Below, in pieces: positions 27,201-42,159 of a DNA stretch of 64,000 bases. Position 1 is the stretch's first letter. Each line of letters opens with the position of its first letter. This stretch comes from the human T2T-CHM13v2.0 reference genome, Homo sapiens. The position numbers and the translations under genes are program-made. The notes under the pieces are model-generated. The model ran no database searches and was not told the origin of the DNA. It worked only from the letters and a program-made list of their open reading frames with translations. The stretch lies in the NCBI RefSeq assembly GCF_009914755.1, contig NC_060939.1, one strand, 5' to 3'.

Positions 27201-28444
27201 CCAGTGAAGGTAATTACACACTGCTGACACTATGACATCATGGGCAAAATGAGATTCTTTTTTTCCTCCAAGGCCAAAATGGAATTGACTGGCTCAATTA
27301 AAGCCACCCCTCCATGAGATCACTAAGAACAAGTGGCCCAAAGATATTTATTAAACAGGAGAATCTTTAGGACCATCCCCATTCTTTTGGGGATGAGGGT
27401 GAAATTTAAGTCAATACTGAGATTATTTGAAGGTCATAATTTCCTCATATGTGCTATACAAATGGAATAATCCCTCCGAGATTAAGTTTTCCATGGATTT
27501 AAATATGAAAGTATTCCCATTTCATCTCTTGGTTCTCAAGAAACAGTGTATTTTCTCATTTAGAGTTTTATTCTCTTGGAAGAGCAAAAATATCTCAATC
27601 ACAACAAATACATTCTAAAACCTTGAAGTTTGAAATGAAAATTGTGATGGTATTTCAATAGACTCTATCATTGAAACACTGATTAATGTGGTAACCACAT
27701 TAATGGTTAATAGCTAGGTATAATGATTAATAGCTAGGTAACCACCAGGTAAGCAGTGCATATATAACACTGCAACACTACTTCCCAAATAATGTCTCAA
27801 GACGTGTTTTTATTTTTAAATACAGATAAGCATATAAGTACTCAATAAGTATGATCATTATTATCTGTTATTGAAAATAAGATGAACTGGAGAAAAAATT
27901 CAGCCAAATTCCTCTAATAAATCTGTTTCAATGCAACAAGTAGAATATTATCCTGTTTTTTTCTTATCTTCTTTCCTGAGATTGTCCTTCTTCAGTGGAT
28001 TCCACAGTGCTCATCAAACAAATGAAAAACACTAAACTACAATTGATGTGATAATCATATGTTATGCCACTTACCAATACACTCTGGAAATCAGAATTTA
28101 GTGTAATTTGTTTATGAGCCAGTCAAATCAAGTTTTCTGAATGAGTGTATCTAGCCATTTTAGAAAAGATTATACTTCATACAAGCATAATCTTTAAAGT
28201 CTGGCATTAAAATAATGTGTAAAAAGTGATGCAAAATGTCACAGAGTCATTTATAATAGATACTTTCCCAAAGGTAGGAGAAAGAACAAAGTAGTAAGTA
28301 AGACAAAGTCTAGGAAAAGTAGCTTGGTTCATATGTTCAGGTTGATCAGAGCACACGCAAAGTTCAGAGTGACGGACCCAAGCTTAAACCATGACATAGA
28401 CAAAATAATGAGACTGCTTTAATTATCAAAGATAAATAAATTGC

Positions 28445-28821
28445 TGATATGGTTTCACTCTGTCTCCCTACCCAAATCTCACCTTATCTCACCTTGAATT
28501 GTAATAATCCCCATGTGTCAAGGGCGGGACCAGGTGGAGATAATTGAATCATGAGGGCGGTTTCCCCCATACTGTTCTCATGATAGTGAGTGAGTTCACA
28601 AGATCTAATGGTTTTATAAGGAATTTTCCCCTTTGCTTGATTCTCATTTTCTCTCTTGCCTGCCACCACGTAAGATGTACCTTTGCTCCTTCTTCACCTT
28701 CTGCCATGGTTGTGAGGCCTCCCCAACTATGTGGAAATGTAAGACCATTAAACCTCTTTCCTTTATAAATTACCCAGTCTCAGGTATGTCTTTATTAGCA
28801 GCATGAGAACAGACTAACACA
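28445..28821 (+). mobile_element. THE1 (C/D-like) solo LTR
   Basis: 'tgatatggttt...gagaacagactaacaca'; perfect TSD attgc; internal 10-bp duplication atctcacctt. Confidence 0.95.
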
Positions 28822-29739
28822 ATTGCCATTCACAATCGGAGGTGAATTCACCATCTTCTGTAAGAAACATAGCCAAGAACACAGAACATAGTCATAAAAA
28901 AGGATGGAGAAGGTAGAAGAGGGAGTGGAGTTCCAGAAGCATGTCAATATGAAGGAGAGAAAGTTGAAATTCTTCAAGTACCTGAATTCAGCTGAGTGTG
29001 CTTTCTCAATTATTTGACACTTGTTCTTTTAGTCCCAGGACAGTGAGGGGTCAGGAAAGTAAGTAGTTTATGGCAGGATCATTTCAAGCTGTTCTGCTTT
29101 GTCCTCCAAGTAATACAATCTCAACTAAGATTTCTAATTTAATGCTGTCTCAGAGCCTGTACCATAAAACTCTTCCCAGAATCAAAGGAGGATGGAACAA
29201 TCATTTGTAGACCATATTCCAATTATAACAGTGTAAAACTGGTCTATATTTTACTTCTTCCCCTCCTTGCTTACTTGTAAAGGAATAATTCCATTGGGGT
29301 GCATGACATTAGTACTTTCCTATGAAAGACAATGAAGATAAGTCATTTCTCCTATTACAGATTTCATCATTGTATTATGTATGGTCTTAAAAAGCAGATG
29401 AACCTATTGGTAAATCACTGTCAAAAATAATAGCGAAATATTAACCATGTTCAAATCAAAGATTATTGGTTTTATCATTTCTTATCGTTCAAATGTATAA
29501 TTCTAGGCAGGGCTGGTATTCAGGCAGTAGGTAACAGAACAGCTATGTTGATTATTAAAATAATGAAATACTGCCATTCATCATCATTAATCACTAACCA
29601 TTAACCAATGCTCTTACCCCTCCCCTAAGGACCACCTATGCTCCTATCCACCCAGGTTCCTTAACCCCAAAATACCCCCACCTAAGCTATTTCAAGTTAC
29701 GCCTTTTATAGCATCTGGTTCTCTGGGGCACACCTTCAG

Positions 29740-29816
29740 CAATGTGAATGATGTCTTTTCTTATTGGTTTGTGACCATACCATATCAGTCGTTAAATATT
29801 TTTATAATTAACCTTT
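29740..29816. mobile_element. Possible MER81-like fragment
   Basis: 'attggtttgtgaccataccatatcagtcgttaaatattttt' resembles the MER81 end. Confidence 0.35.
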
Positions 29817-30564
29817 GATTCCAGCTCCTCTCTCCACCCAGTAGGTTAATACATTCAACCTCTTGAAAGTATATTTTGTACTTGTATATTTATTCTATAA
29901 GAGCCACATTTATATTTCATAGCTAATATGGTTGATTGATAAAATCTACACTTAAATTTCCTTGTCAAATTATATCTTCGACACTATGGATATGCAAACA
30001 TATCTTTATTTGTTTGAGCATAATCAAATATATTTTAAAGATTAGTTTTATCACAGCTTAGATACACCCCCTAGCAGCCCTTCTTTGCACAGAAATAGGA
30101 TGACACTATATTTCAGTAGACAGTTTTGTCAGGCTTATTAATTTTCACAATAGAATATCAGCTTTGCCATCTGCAAATATGGTATCTAAAACATACAGTT
30201 CTCACTTCAATAAATGGCAATTCAAATACTGTTGTGGGCTAGGCAATTGGTAGCATATAGTATCCATGCTAAAGGCACTGGAATTTAATTTTTAAGTGAG
30301 TGCATCCAAATTCTACCAAAACATGGTCAAGACAATCAAGATTTGAGAAAGACTAAAAAACATTTTGACTATCCATTTCTCAGATTCTATAAACTCTATT
30401 TCAGAATCTAAACAATAGAAAGTAATGGGGTTGGACTATATTAATATGGCACTCTATAAAAATGCTTTCATGAAATCAGCAAGTGTTATTGGAATCCAGT
30501 ACAAGAGATGTTACTATGAAAAACATTTTTTGCATGTTCCCTAAATTAACGTCCAATGTGTTAC

Positions 30565-31680
30565 CTAATCTCACTCCCAAATTTGTATCTCCAATTTAGA
30601 TCACTCTTAACTCACTTTTCTACTAACTGTTTGATATTTCCACTGCCTCAAAAGCATCTGAAATTCAACATGTCTAAGAGCCAACTGATTATTTGTCCCT
30701 CCAAATCTGATTGCCAGGGATACCCTATCTCAGCGGCTTCTGATTGCATTCAGAAGAAGCAATCTTTGACCTGTCAGTCTCCTTCACCAGTATATTAAAC
30801 CCATTATCAAAGCCAATTAATTTAAACCCTTCTGTTTCTCGCTGTCTTCACACTATCATCTTTCACCTAGATACCAGAATAGCCACCTAAATAGCCCTCT
30901 GCTTCTACTGTGAATATTCTCTCTTTGGTCTCTATATTGCAAGGGTGATGTTTTCCAAATAGAAATCTGATGATGTTCTTCCTCTGCTTAGCAATCTCCA
31001 AAGAACCTCACATCTCTCAGGCCTACCAGCCCCGCTCAAGAGGCCAGAGGGTGCATAGATGTTCATTACCTTCTCATGCCATTTCCCCTCTTCCTTTTAC
31101 TCAACTCCAGCCACATAGCTCATATTTCAGTTTGTCAAGCCTTCTTCCTGCCACAAAGACTTTCAACACATTGTTCCCTCTGTCCTATCCCAGCCCTTTC
31201 TCTAGATCAGTGCCTCTCAAACATTAATGTTAAAAGGAATTAACTAAAGTTCTTATTAAAATGCAGATTCAGACTATAGGTCCTGGCTGGAACCTGAGAT
31301 CCTGTATCACTAAGAAACCCCTAGCTCATGCCAGTGCTGTTGTCTATGGACAGCGCTTTGCAAGAAATGACCTAGATAACTTCTGCGTAAGACTTCAGCT
31401 CTCATATCACTTCTTCAGGAAAGCTCTCCTAAACTCCAAGTCTAGGTCATATTCTTTTGTTATGTGCTCTTATAGAACTATACTCCTTTTATTATGTGTT
31501 CTTATAGAACTATAATCCCATTTTGTAATCGCAAACTAAGAAAAAGATTAATGGCTAATTTCGTCCAGTACTGCACTTGCCATATAGGCAGAGAACTATT
31601 TTGCTCACTATTGAGTCCCCAGTGACTAGAACAATACTAGAGACATAAAAGGCATTTCTAAAGTAGTTGTTGAATGAAGG
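30565..31680 (+). mobile_element. L2 3' region, interrupted by MER5B
   Basis: 'ctcccaaatttgtatctcca', 'aaattcaacatgtctaa', and end 'gtagttgttgaatgaa'. Confidence 0.85.
31208..31370. mobile_element. MER5B
   Basis: 'cagtgcctctcaaac...ttattaaaatgcagattc', flanked by ctaga target-like sites. Confidence 0.75.
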
Positions 31681-32094
31681 AAGGGAGGAGAGAAGGAAAA
31701 ATTTATGTAATAAATTGCTGGAATTTAGTATCAGAACAAAGTTGGAAATTTGTCCTTACTGAAGAATATGTATATATTTCCCTTTATTAAGTAAGAGCCA
31801 TATAACCCATCACCTTTTCCTTTTTTGCTTGTCTGTGGGAAGCATTCCTAAGTTTACTGTTTTATTGCAGTAATCAATTTAGCACAGGTTTTTAGCTTTT
31901 AATTATAATAATCTCACCTTCTATTTTTTGTTTCTGACTCCTTGTTTCATCTAATTTTTTACTGTCTTATATGTTGATATTTTATGATAAGCTGCATCAA
32001 ATCATTTTGAAAATAGTAAATTACTTTACTGGAAAACTTCTACTTAAATAGCTATACTTACTACATTAGTAGTTATATAGGCTATAGATTTTTA

Positions 32095-32250
32095 AAAACT
32101 TGGGCTCTAGAGTCCCACAGTTGGTATCCAAATTCTGACTTCATGAAATAATGGCAGCTCTGTTTTATAGAGTGGTGAGGCTCAGATGAAATGATGTTTA
32201 AAAACAATACTGTGCCTACACATGGTAAGCACTAAAAAAAAATTAATTAC
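32095..32250 (+). mobile_element. MIR fragment
   Basis: 'tgggctctagagtcc...tgtgcctacacatggtaagcact'. Confidence 0.6.
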
Positions 32251-32253
32251 TTA

Positions 32254-32369
32254 TTTGTTTTGTTTGTTGTTTGTTTGCCCAGGTTGGCCTCGATCTCTGG
32301 GCTCAAGCAATTCTCGCACATCAGCCTCCCGAGTAGCTGGTACTACAGACAGATGTCATCGTGCCTAGT
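32254..32369 (-). mobile_element. Alu monomer (FAM/FLAM-like)
   Basis: 'gcccaggttggcctcgatctctgggctcaagcaattctc'; degenerate TSD. Confidence 0.8.
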
Positions 32370-33584
32370 AATTAGTTAATATGTCTGTGGCTACTAAAGG
32401 CACAACCAGTAAATAAAAAATGTTCCCAAATTGAGTTTTCCCTAATTTTAGACTATGAGATCAGAGTACTCCTTAAAGTAAAACACTGTACAGTAGGCTT
32501 AAAACTGGGGCAAGAATCAGTGAGAACCTAGAAAGGCAGTTATGATTCTAAGAAAAGCCTCAAGTCCTCTATAAAAAAAGAATAATATTGCCTTATATTC
32601 AAATAGTATTGAAGTATAATTAATTGATTTGAACAAAGTCCTAAAGCCAGCCAGTGGTATAAGTACATATCTCTTAATAATCCATAAGTTTTGATTCTTC
32701 AGTGATTACAAGATATTCAACATTAAATACCTTGATATTGAGAACAGCACGTTAAATGTTGAAAGTAAACTTTATAACATAATAAATAAAGTTGGAAAAT
32801 TACATTGAATATACGTGTCCACAAACTGAAGATTCCATAAAAGGCCCATATGATATATGGCAACTGAACTGAAATGTTGCCCTCAGGGAAGCTTCTATTT
32901 TAAAAAATTTAGTGTGTGTTGTATCCCCCACGTGTAAAAGTCATTAAAAAGAAAATTCCTTAAGCTTAACGGCAACTTATAAGTTAATTGTTAATCAATA
33001 TAAAATGTAACATCAGGGTAGAATTTTGCTTCTAAATGAGTATATAGAGAGGTCTTATCGTCTTCAGAAAGGGGCCAGGTGAGTGCTGCTGGGAATAAAA
33101 GTGATTTGGATATGAGGATAGCATTTTACACAGGTCCCACATAGGGTTATAAGTAGATCCATTTTAAAGAGCCCATCGTAGGTTAAACAGCAGAAGTTTA
33201 AAAGAATAAAATAGGGAAAATGAAAAATATATTTTTCCTATAAGCAAATGTTAATTTAGCACAGTGCGATCAGGTTTTTGTATACGTTTTCATTTCAGTG
33301 ATACTAGACAAAAGAAATAAGTTCTTTACAGTAAAATCTCAAAGTATTCAAAAGTTCTCTTGGAATATGAAGGGGTTTGTCTCACTTTTCAGTTTTCAAT
33401 CTGTAATTCATGTGTCTCCAAATAACAGCATGCAAAAGAAACTTTTTAGATGAGATAAAATATTTATTTTAGTCTGAGAATGTATTAAACCCCAAACCTG
33501 AAATTAAAATTCAGAGTAATTTATGCTCATACATAAAGAGGTAATAAAGCCCCCTATGGATGAAATCAACTGAGTTTCACTTAC

Positions 33585-33746
33585 CTTCAATAAACGCACG
33601 ACAGCTCAGTAAGAACTTAGCCGAGTTCAAATGTTCTTTGTTGTTATCTTTCATTTCCAAGTTGAGCCTCTCCAGCAAACATTAGGTGGGATAAGCAGGA
33701 CTTTCATTTCATTCAGCATTTTGGGATTTCTAGGTTATGCACGGAC
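33585..33746 (-). other. Candidate exon with consensus donor AAG|GTAAGT
   Basis: Perfect donor after 33585; ATG at 33654 gives MKDNNKEHLNSAKFLLSCRAFIE (phase 1). The 5' boundary is uncertain and no transcript evidence is available. Confidence 0.25.
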
Positions 33747-34519
33747 CTGTTCTTTTAAAGTTCAATTCCATTCAAATCAGTAGAACAGACAAGTCCTCTC
33801 TTGCATGATGGAAATTTGAAAACATGCATATTGCTTTTACAAACACATATGTTACTGCAAACCAAGAGAATTCCATACAAAAGAAAATTTTCCCATAGAA
33901 AGAAAAAAAAACGGTTAATTTCTGGTTTAAAGAAATGACGCACCACCTTCCAAAAAAGTGCATAGCTGTGGAAAAATAAAATGCGACATTTTAAAGGCTG
34001 AAGTGTAAGAAAACCCTCTGTCACGAAGACATCCAAATATCTTTTGAACTATTTACACCATATGCGTCCCAATAAGGCTCTTTTCTGATTAAATAATGAC
34101 AAGTAAGTGGAACCAAAGATGGCTTCAAAGACCCTTGAATCTTTACACAGCTTTTTGTAATTTTGCAAGTGTGAAATTTAGCTATCATTATACAAATGTT
34201 CTAAAGCATAATTTTCTGGGTCTGTAAAATATGTTTAGGAATAAGATGCTATGCCCCTCGTAGGCACTCAAAAGATATGAGTGAATAAATTAATAACAAA
34301 TGAATGCTTAAGAAAGCAGCTCTTATGAAATACATATAACATTTTAAAAATTCTGAGCACAAATTTAATTACTTGAAAAGAGTAATTGTGAACCTATGAT
34401 GGACAACCACCTCTTAAACAGAATTAGCTGAGAGCCAACCGAGTGCGTTCACTTATGTGTGACAATAAGATAATGGCCAAACACATGTGGAACACACAAA
34501 GAGGGGGAAATTGTGCAGT

Positions 34520-34739
34520 CATTAAAATTCGGAATAGCTTGTAATGATGTGGGAAAATATTTATAATGAAGTATTAAGTGTAAAAAGCAGGAAAAACCAT
34601 GCATACAGTAAAAAGCAAATGCTTTCATACTCATAGAAAACAGGACTGGATTAAAACGTGTAAAAAGTTTCAATAGTGGATATCTCTGGGTAATGGGATC
34701 ATAAATGCTTACTTTTAATTTTGTTAAAAATGTTTTCCA
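34520..34739 (+). mobile_element. L1ME-type 3' end remnant
   Basis: 'atagtggatatctctgggtaatgggatcataaatg'. Confidence 0.6.
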
Positions 34740-35376
<637 letters not shown>

Positions 35377-36057
35377 TACGTCCACATTCAGAATAAAAAG
35401 ATCCTTTTTAAGTGGTAAATAAGGGTGCTATAATGCTATAATACTTTATAAGATTTAAAATTCCTTGAAAGAAGATGTGGCTAGTTAAGCAGCATTCTAA
35501 ATGACCTATAGGCTCTTTGTAGATTCAACTGCACCATCCCTAGATCCCCCAGAGGGCCCCAAAGGGGTACTGGTAAGCATCTGAATGAGATCTTGATGAC
35601 TTCAATTGACCACACAAAAAGTAAGAAGTAGACCACAGAAGGAACTTCACTGTTGTTGAATAAACTAGGGAAAACAAATCCAAAACTCTAGGACATTTTA
35701 GATACCATATACTTTAGGTTTCTACTGCATAGCAATGTTCTAAAGCCAGTCATCAACATACTGTGATATATAAGGATGTAACAGTTCAACCCTAGTGTTA
35801 TGAATTGTCAGGAATTGATGGGAATTTAAGAGGGCCATCTGCTATGGCACTTGATTGCATACTTCCTATCCCAGGGTCAGCATCACTGCCAAACAAATGC
35901 CTGGGTCTAGACAATCTTTAGGAAACTTACCACCTCTGTAGTGAATTTGATGACAAAACTGTATTTTCTCCCTCAGCATCCTTTGGAAGCAAACACCTTA
36001 GATATTGATTTTTTAAAGAAAGAAAGAAAAGAAAAAAAGAATACATTAGCCACAATC

Positions 36058-36218
36058 TTTTGTTTCATTTTGAGACAAGGTCTTGTTCTGTCACCCAGGC
36101 TGGAGGGCAGTGGCACAATCATAGCTCACTACAGCCTCGAACTTCTTGCCTCAAGTGATCCTCCCACCTCAGCCTCTCAAAGAGTTGGGATTACAGGTGT
36201 AAGCCACCACACCTGGCC
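36058..36218 (-). mobile_element. Alu monomer (FRAM/AluJ-like)
   Basis: 'atcatagctcactacagcctcgaac'; about 160 bp. Confidence 0.85.
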
Positions 36219-36224
36219 AACTAT

Positions 36225-36710
36225 AACTATTTTGGTTACAATAGGGGAGAAAATATTCAAACTGGCTTAACCAAAAAACAAAACAGAGACATATATTGAA
36301 CATTCCAGAGGTAAAGCTGGCTAGGGTGCAACTGGATCCTCATATAATAAAATCAGGACTTGAGTTCACACCGTCTCTTGGCTCTGCCTCTTTCTCTCTT
36401 GGCTCCATTGTCAGGCACACTCTTCAATTGTGACAAGATGGCTCCAACAGCTCCAGGCCCAAATTCTCTGCTCTCAGCAATCCTCTCAAAACACACAAAC
36501 ACACACACACACACACACACGCTATTCACCAACAATTTTTTATAAATTAACATCCTGGGCCTGACCATTATTGTCAAAATTGAGCTCTGCAACCTGCTTA
36601 AACCAATATCTGTAGTGAAGGGCATGAAATCCACTAATTGATTCCTTTAGACCATGCACCCGCTCTTAGGACTGAGTGAAGGGTCAGTTCCAGTCAAAAG
36701 AGGTGTAAGA
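36225..36710 (-). mobile_element. MLT1K-like old MaLR LTR containing a (CA)n at about 36491-36520
   Basis: 'ttcaaactggcttaaccaaaaa' and 'caagatggctccaacagctccaggc'. Confidence 0.6.
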
Positions 36711-36768
36711 AACAAAGAGTGAGATCATCCTAAATGAATGGCAGAGGAGATACTAGATGATGGTGATT

Positions 36769-36822
36769 GGTAGGTAGGTAGGCAGGTAGATAGGTAGATA
36801 GATAGATATAAACTGATAGATA
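36769..36822. repeat. (TAGG)n(TAGA)n STR
   Basis: Seen directly. Confidence 0.85.
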
Positions 36823-36933
36823 CTAATCTATTACAAGGTATTTTCTTTGCAGCTAATCTCTCCAAGGTCTTGACAAAAAAAAAAAAATGATAATAAGAGG
36901 GAGTAGGAATTGTACCAATGAAAATGCAGGGAA

Positions 36934-37229
<296 letters not shown>

Positions 37230-38642
37230 GAAAATGCAGGAAAAGAATTATTACTCCCCATGTGCATCAGAGAACTTTACAGGTTTCATAATAAAGAAAC
37301 AGAAAAATGAGCATAATGGTGAACCATTTCCCAAATATTGTGGTAATATTAGCAAACAATGAAACAGAATCAAAGATAAATTTTGTGATGACCCATGCCA
37401 TCTGCTGCCTGGCATGGTCTAGCATAAAACTGAAAATTCTGTCACCAAACACCACATGCCTTCAGCCTTTCAACAAAAGCAGCATCCAGTCATTCAAGGT
37501 GTTGGGCACAAAATGACTAGTCGGAAATATGCTTGCTTGAGTGTCTATCTCTGACAATCCCACACAGCTTGCAGTAGGAGTAAATGTGTTAGAAACAGTT
37601 AAATGAATTTGAGAAGTGTACCATGGGGTGAAAGATGAGTGCAATTGTGTTTTATGATGACTAACTTAGACAGAACTTCTAATGGAGGATATTTCAGAAA
37701 GCTGTGAAATAATAACTGAGGGAAAAACCTTGGTGAGACAGCTAAAATTTAAGGGATTATGCTGAGTGAAGATATCAAAGCACATGCATATTCATGTACC
37801 AACTGAGAGAAAGGGAAAAAAAATCAAGATACAGAAACAGTCAAAAGAAAATATAAAGATGACTCCAGAGGAAAAAATAAGTAAAAGATATAAATCTTTG
37901 AAGACAAAAATCATTCTTTTGATCATCTTTTGACAAGATTAAAGAAACAAAGACGAACAAAAGTAATCCTGAGCAAAGCTCTTTCATCCTCTCAGCAGGT
38001 ATTTATTGAGTAACTATTTTGTGCCAGTCACCCTACTCTATCCTCCCTAGAAATATTATCCCCAGAAAGCCAAATAGATGTGGTGTCTGTGATCAAAGAA
38101 CTCATGACTGTATCTAGCCTACAGTATCACAAAGACTTCCATGAGAAAGTGTTATTTAAGCTGGGATGATAAGAGTAAGTAGGAGATAATTAGGTAAAGG
38201 TTGAGCTTCAGGAAGAAGGAATCCTATGTTCAAAAACATTCTGAGGCAGGTGAGAAAACTGAGAGTGCAAAAGAGACAGGGTGGGTTGTGAATTGCAAGA
38301 TTGGAGGCGAGTGCTACAAGGTGTGGCTAGAGACGGGTTGGTGCCAGTTCACACAGGGTCCTGTCAACCCTGTTTAGGATGTTGGTCTTCATCTCAAGAG
38401 CAGTGAAGAGCTGTTGAATAGTTTTGAGCAGAGTGGAATCTTGAGAAGATACGTGCTTCCAAAAGGTCATTGTAACTGTAATGTGGCAAAATAATTATTA
38501 TCATATAAGATTTAGGGGTAGAGGCGCAGGCTGGCAGAATGTACATCAGAACCAGGGAGGGATCAATATAGAGAGGGAAATAAGTGGGGGAAATATAAGA
38601 AATATTTCGAAGGTCTAATTGACAGAACTCAAGGATGATTTG

Positions 38643-38924
38643 AGCCGGGCGCAGTGGGTCACGCCTGTAATCCTAGCACTTTGGGAGGCTGAGGCAGGCG
38701 GATCACCTAAGGTCAGGAGGTTGAGACCAGCCTGGCCAACATGTTGAAACCCCATCTCCACTAAAAATAGAAAAATTAGCCAGGCATGGCAGCACATGCC
38801 TGTAGTCCCAGCTACTTGGGAGACTCGCTTGAACCCAGGAGACAGAGGTGGCAGTGAGCCAGGATCATGCCACTGCACTCCAGCTTAGGGGAGCAAGACT
38901 CCGTTTCAAAAAAAAAAAAAAAAA
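38643..38924 (+). mobile_element. AluS with small internal deletions
   Basis: TSD aaggatgatttg/aaggatgaattg. Confidence 0.95.
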
Positions 38925-39164
38925 GGATGAATTGGAGACAGGGAATGAGGGAAACTGAGACGACCAGGATGACCTCTGGTTTTTATGTCCACTGATCATG
39001 GGTTCACTGAAATAGAGAATACTGGAAGAGGAACAGTCCAGGGCAAGGACTGGATTCCAAATTTTTTTGGTTGTCTTCAGTGTGTGGTACTTTTGATACA
39101 ACCACTTGAGAAAACAGAGTAGACGGTCTGATATATGGATATTGAGCCTAGAGGAGAGGTCTAG

Positions 39165-39587
<423 letters not shown>

Positions 39588-39693
39588 TAATTTTAAGACC
39601 CTTGAGCAACCTCAGTATACCTAATGCTTAGAAGAGCCTGTGCTTAACAGCAAATCCAAGATAGAATCTCCTACATGATAAAAAGAACATCAG

Positions 39694-39810
39694 CAGGAGG
39701 CTGAGGCAGGAGAATCGCTTGAACCCAGGAGGCAGAGGTTGCAGTGAGCCGGTATCGGGCCACTGGTCTCCAGCCTGGTGACAGAAAACAAACAAACAAA
39801 CAAACAAAAA
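39694..39810 (+). mobile_element. 5'-truncated Alu right arm with (AAAC)n tail
   Basis: 'caggaggctgaggcaggagaatcgcttgaaccc'. Confidence 0.9.
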
Positions 39811-40059
39811 CTGCTGGCCATGAAGTAATGAACCTTCTGTTACTGACAAGCATTTGCAAATTCAGAACAATTAACTCAAAAGAACCACCTCCCCTACCCA
39901 AACAAACAAACAAAAGAAATTACTGAATTACTGCTTCAAGATACTAAACTATGTTATCGTTTTTAAACAACAATCCTGATTTAGTCTTGTACCATTGTGT
40001 AAAAATTGAAATAGGCCTGGAAATAGGAACTCCATACCTAAGATGGTCTCTTACAAAGC

Positions 40060-40700
40060 AATGCTGCCACAGAATTGGCTACTGCAAAGTTGTCAGGCTA
40101 CGTCTTTTATTGCCTCTCCCTCAGGGACAACAGGAAGTGGGAGAGGAATTCTCCCTTAATGCCAGAAAAATCAAGGTACAAGGAAAAAGACCCTCCTCCT
40201 CCAACCAGAGCTACAAAGGGAGCTGTTTATTTTCTAGAGGCTGGCGGGGAAGGGAGGTGGGCTTATTTGTCACCGCGGCCCGCATTGTTGATAAGCAACT
40301 CAGGATGGAAACATTATGGAAAAAGATCACTAAACAGGATTATAAGTCAAATAGGTTTTATCTAGATCAACTGGGACTGAAACCACCAAGTTAAATCCTT
40401 CTCCCCGGGAAAAAAAAAAGTGTACAAAATTTGCCTTCGCTTAGCGCAAAATTCTCCTGTAAGCTTCTGATCCTCTCTCCAGTTAGTATCTTTGGGCCCA
40501 GGACAACTCACGTGTTGCAAAAAGCATAAAATAAGGAAAAGAGAAAGCATTCTTGTTTGTCGATGTTTATGTTGCTGGGGCCCCTGGTCATGTTTTAGGA
40601 AGATGCTGGAGCAAGGAAAACGCAGATTCTCGGGAATCACTTCTCACAGAGTTCATTGGGGGCTCAAATGCCACTGAAGCTCAAATCCGTAGAGATGATG
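40060..40700. promoter_or_regulatory. Candidate enhancer/promoter island
   Basis: Unique and locally GC/CpG richer; ETS CAGGAAGTG at 40131, GC-box-like 'ggcggggaagggaggtggg', TGATAAG at about 40289. Confidence 0.35.
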
Positions 40701-40809
40701 TGGCCTTGATTTCAGACAGGTCTTCAGTGCTCCTAAATTAGTGAAAATGGCAGTATTCTTGCATGGGGAGTTTGCTTATTAGATCCAGGCACTTAAGCAG
40801 TTAAAAGAT

Positions 40810-41304
<495 letters not shown>

Positions 41305-41561
41305 TCATGGGTGGACCTAACCATAGAAGCCAAAAGTGTCCCAGGGATGAAGAGAATGAGCTTCTCTCCTGCCTTCCATGGATTACAGGAACTCTGGGAG
41401 CTCTCCCTGGTGCTACTAATATCATGACTCTGCCCTCTTTGCTTGATGCTGTCTTTGCTCTTCTAAATGCAAATCTCCTGCTAGAAATCATGACTCAAAG
41501 GGACTCCGCTTCCTGTCTCTGGCCAGCTGTGCTGGACTACCACTGCTTCCACCATCACCTC

Positions 41562-41977
41562 TGTATTAGTTTTTTGTCATACCGCTATAAAGAAATGCTT
41601 GACACTGGGTAATTTACAAAGAAAAGAGGTTTAATTGGCTCACAGTTCTGCAGGCTATACAGGAAGCAGGATAATGCCCATTTGCTTGGCTTCAGAAAAG
41701 GCCTCAGGAAGCTTATAATGGTGGAAGGCAAAGGGAAAACTAGCACTTCACATGGCTGGAGAAGGAGGAAGAGAGAGAGGTGGGAGGTGCCACACACCTT
41801 TAAACAACCAGATCTCATGAGAACTCTATCACAAGAATAGCACCAAACGGATGGTGCTAAATCATTCATGAAGAATCCATTCCCATGATCCAATACCTCC
41901 CACCAGGCTTCATCTCCAACACTGGGGATTACAATTGAACATGAGATTTGGGTGGGACACAGATACGAACCATATCA
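41562..41977 (-). mobile_element. MSTA-like solo LTR
   Basis: 'tgtattagt...gaaccatatca'; perfect TSD acctc. Confidence 0.93.
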
Positions 41978-42159
41978 ACCTCCATCTCTACCCAATTTGT
42001 CCTTGTTCCACCTGGAACAGAGCAGTCTCCTGGGATGCAACTTTGATGATGCTTCTGCCTAGCAGTCCCCTTTAGAACTCTCAAAACTCACTGTAAATCC
42101 TTAATAGTCTTACATCAAAAAAATTATAGAACCTGAAGGGGGATTAAAGATTATTTAAT

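Noticed and set aside
33076-33084. Plus-strand consensus donor CAG|GTGAGT
   Set aside because: No convincing upstream acceptor or promoter; it also shows such motifs arise on both strands.
39951-40394. 147-aa ORF in unique sequence
   Set aside because: No recognisable domain, coding-like composition or exon structure; compatible with chance.
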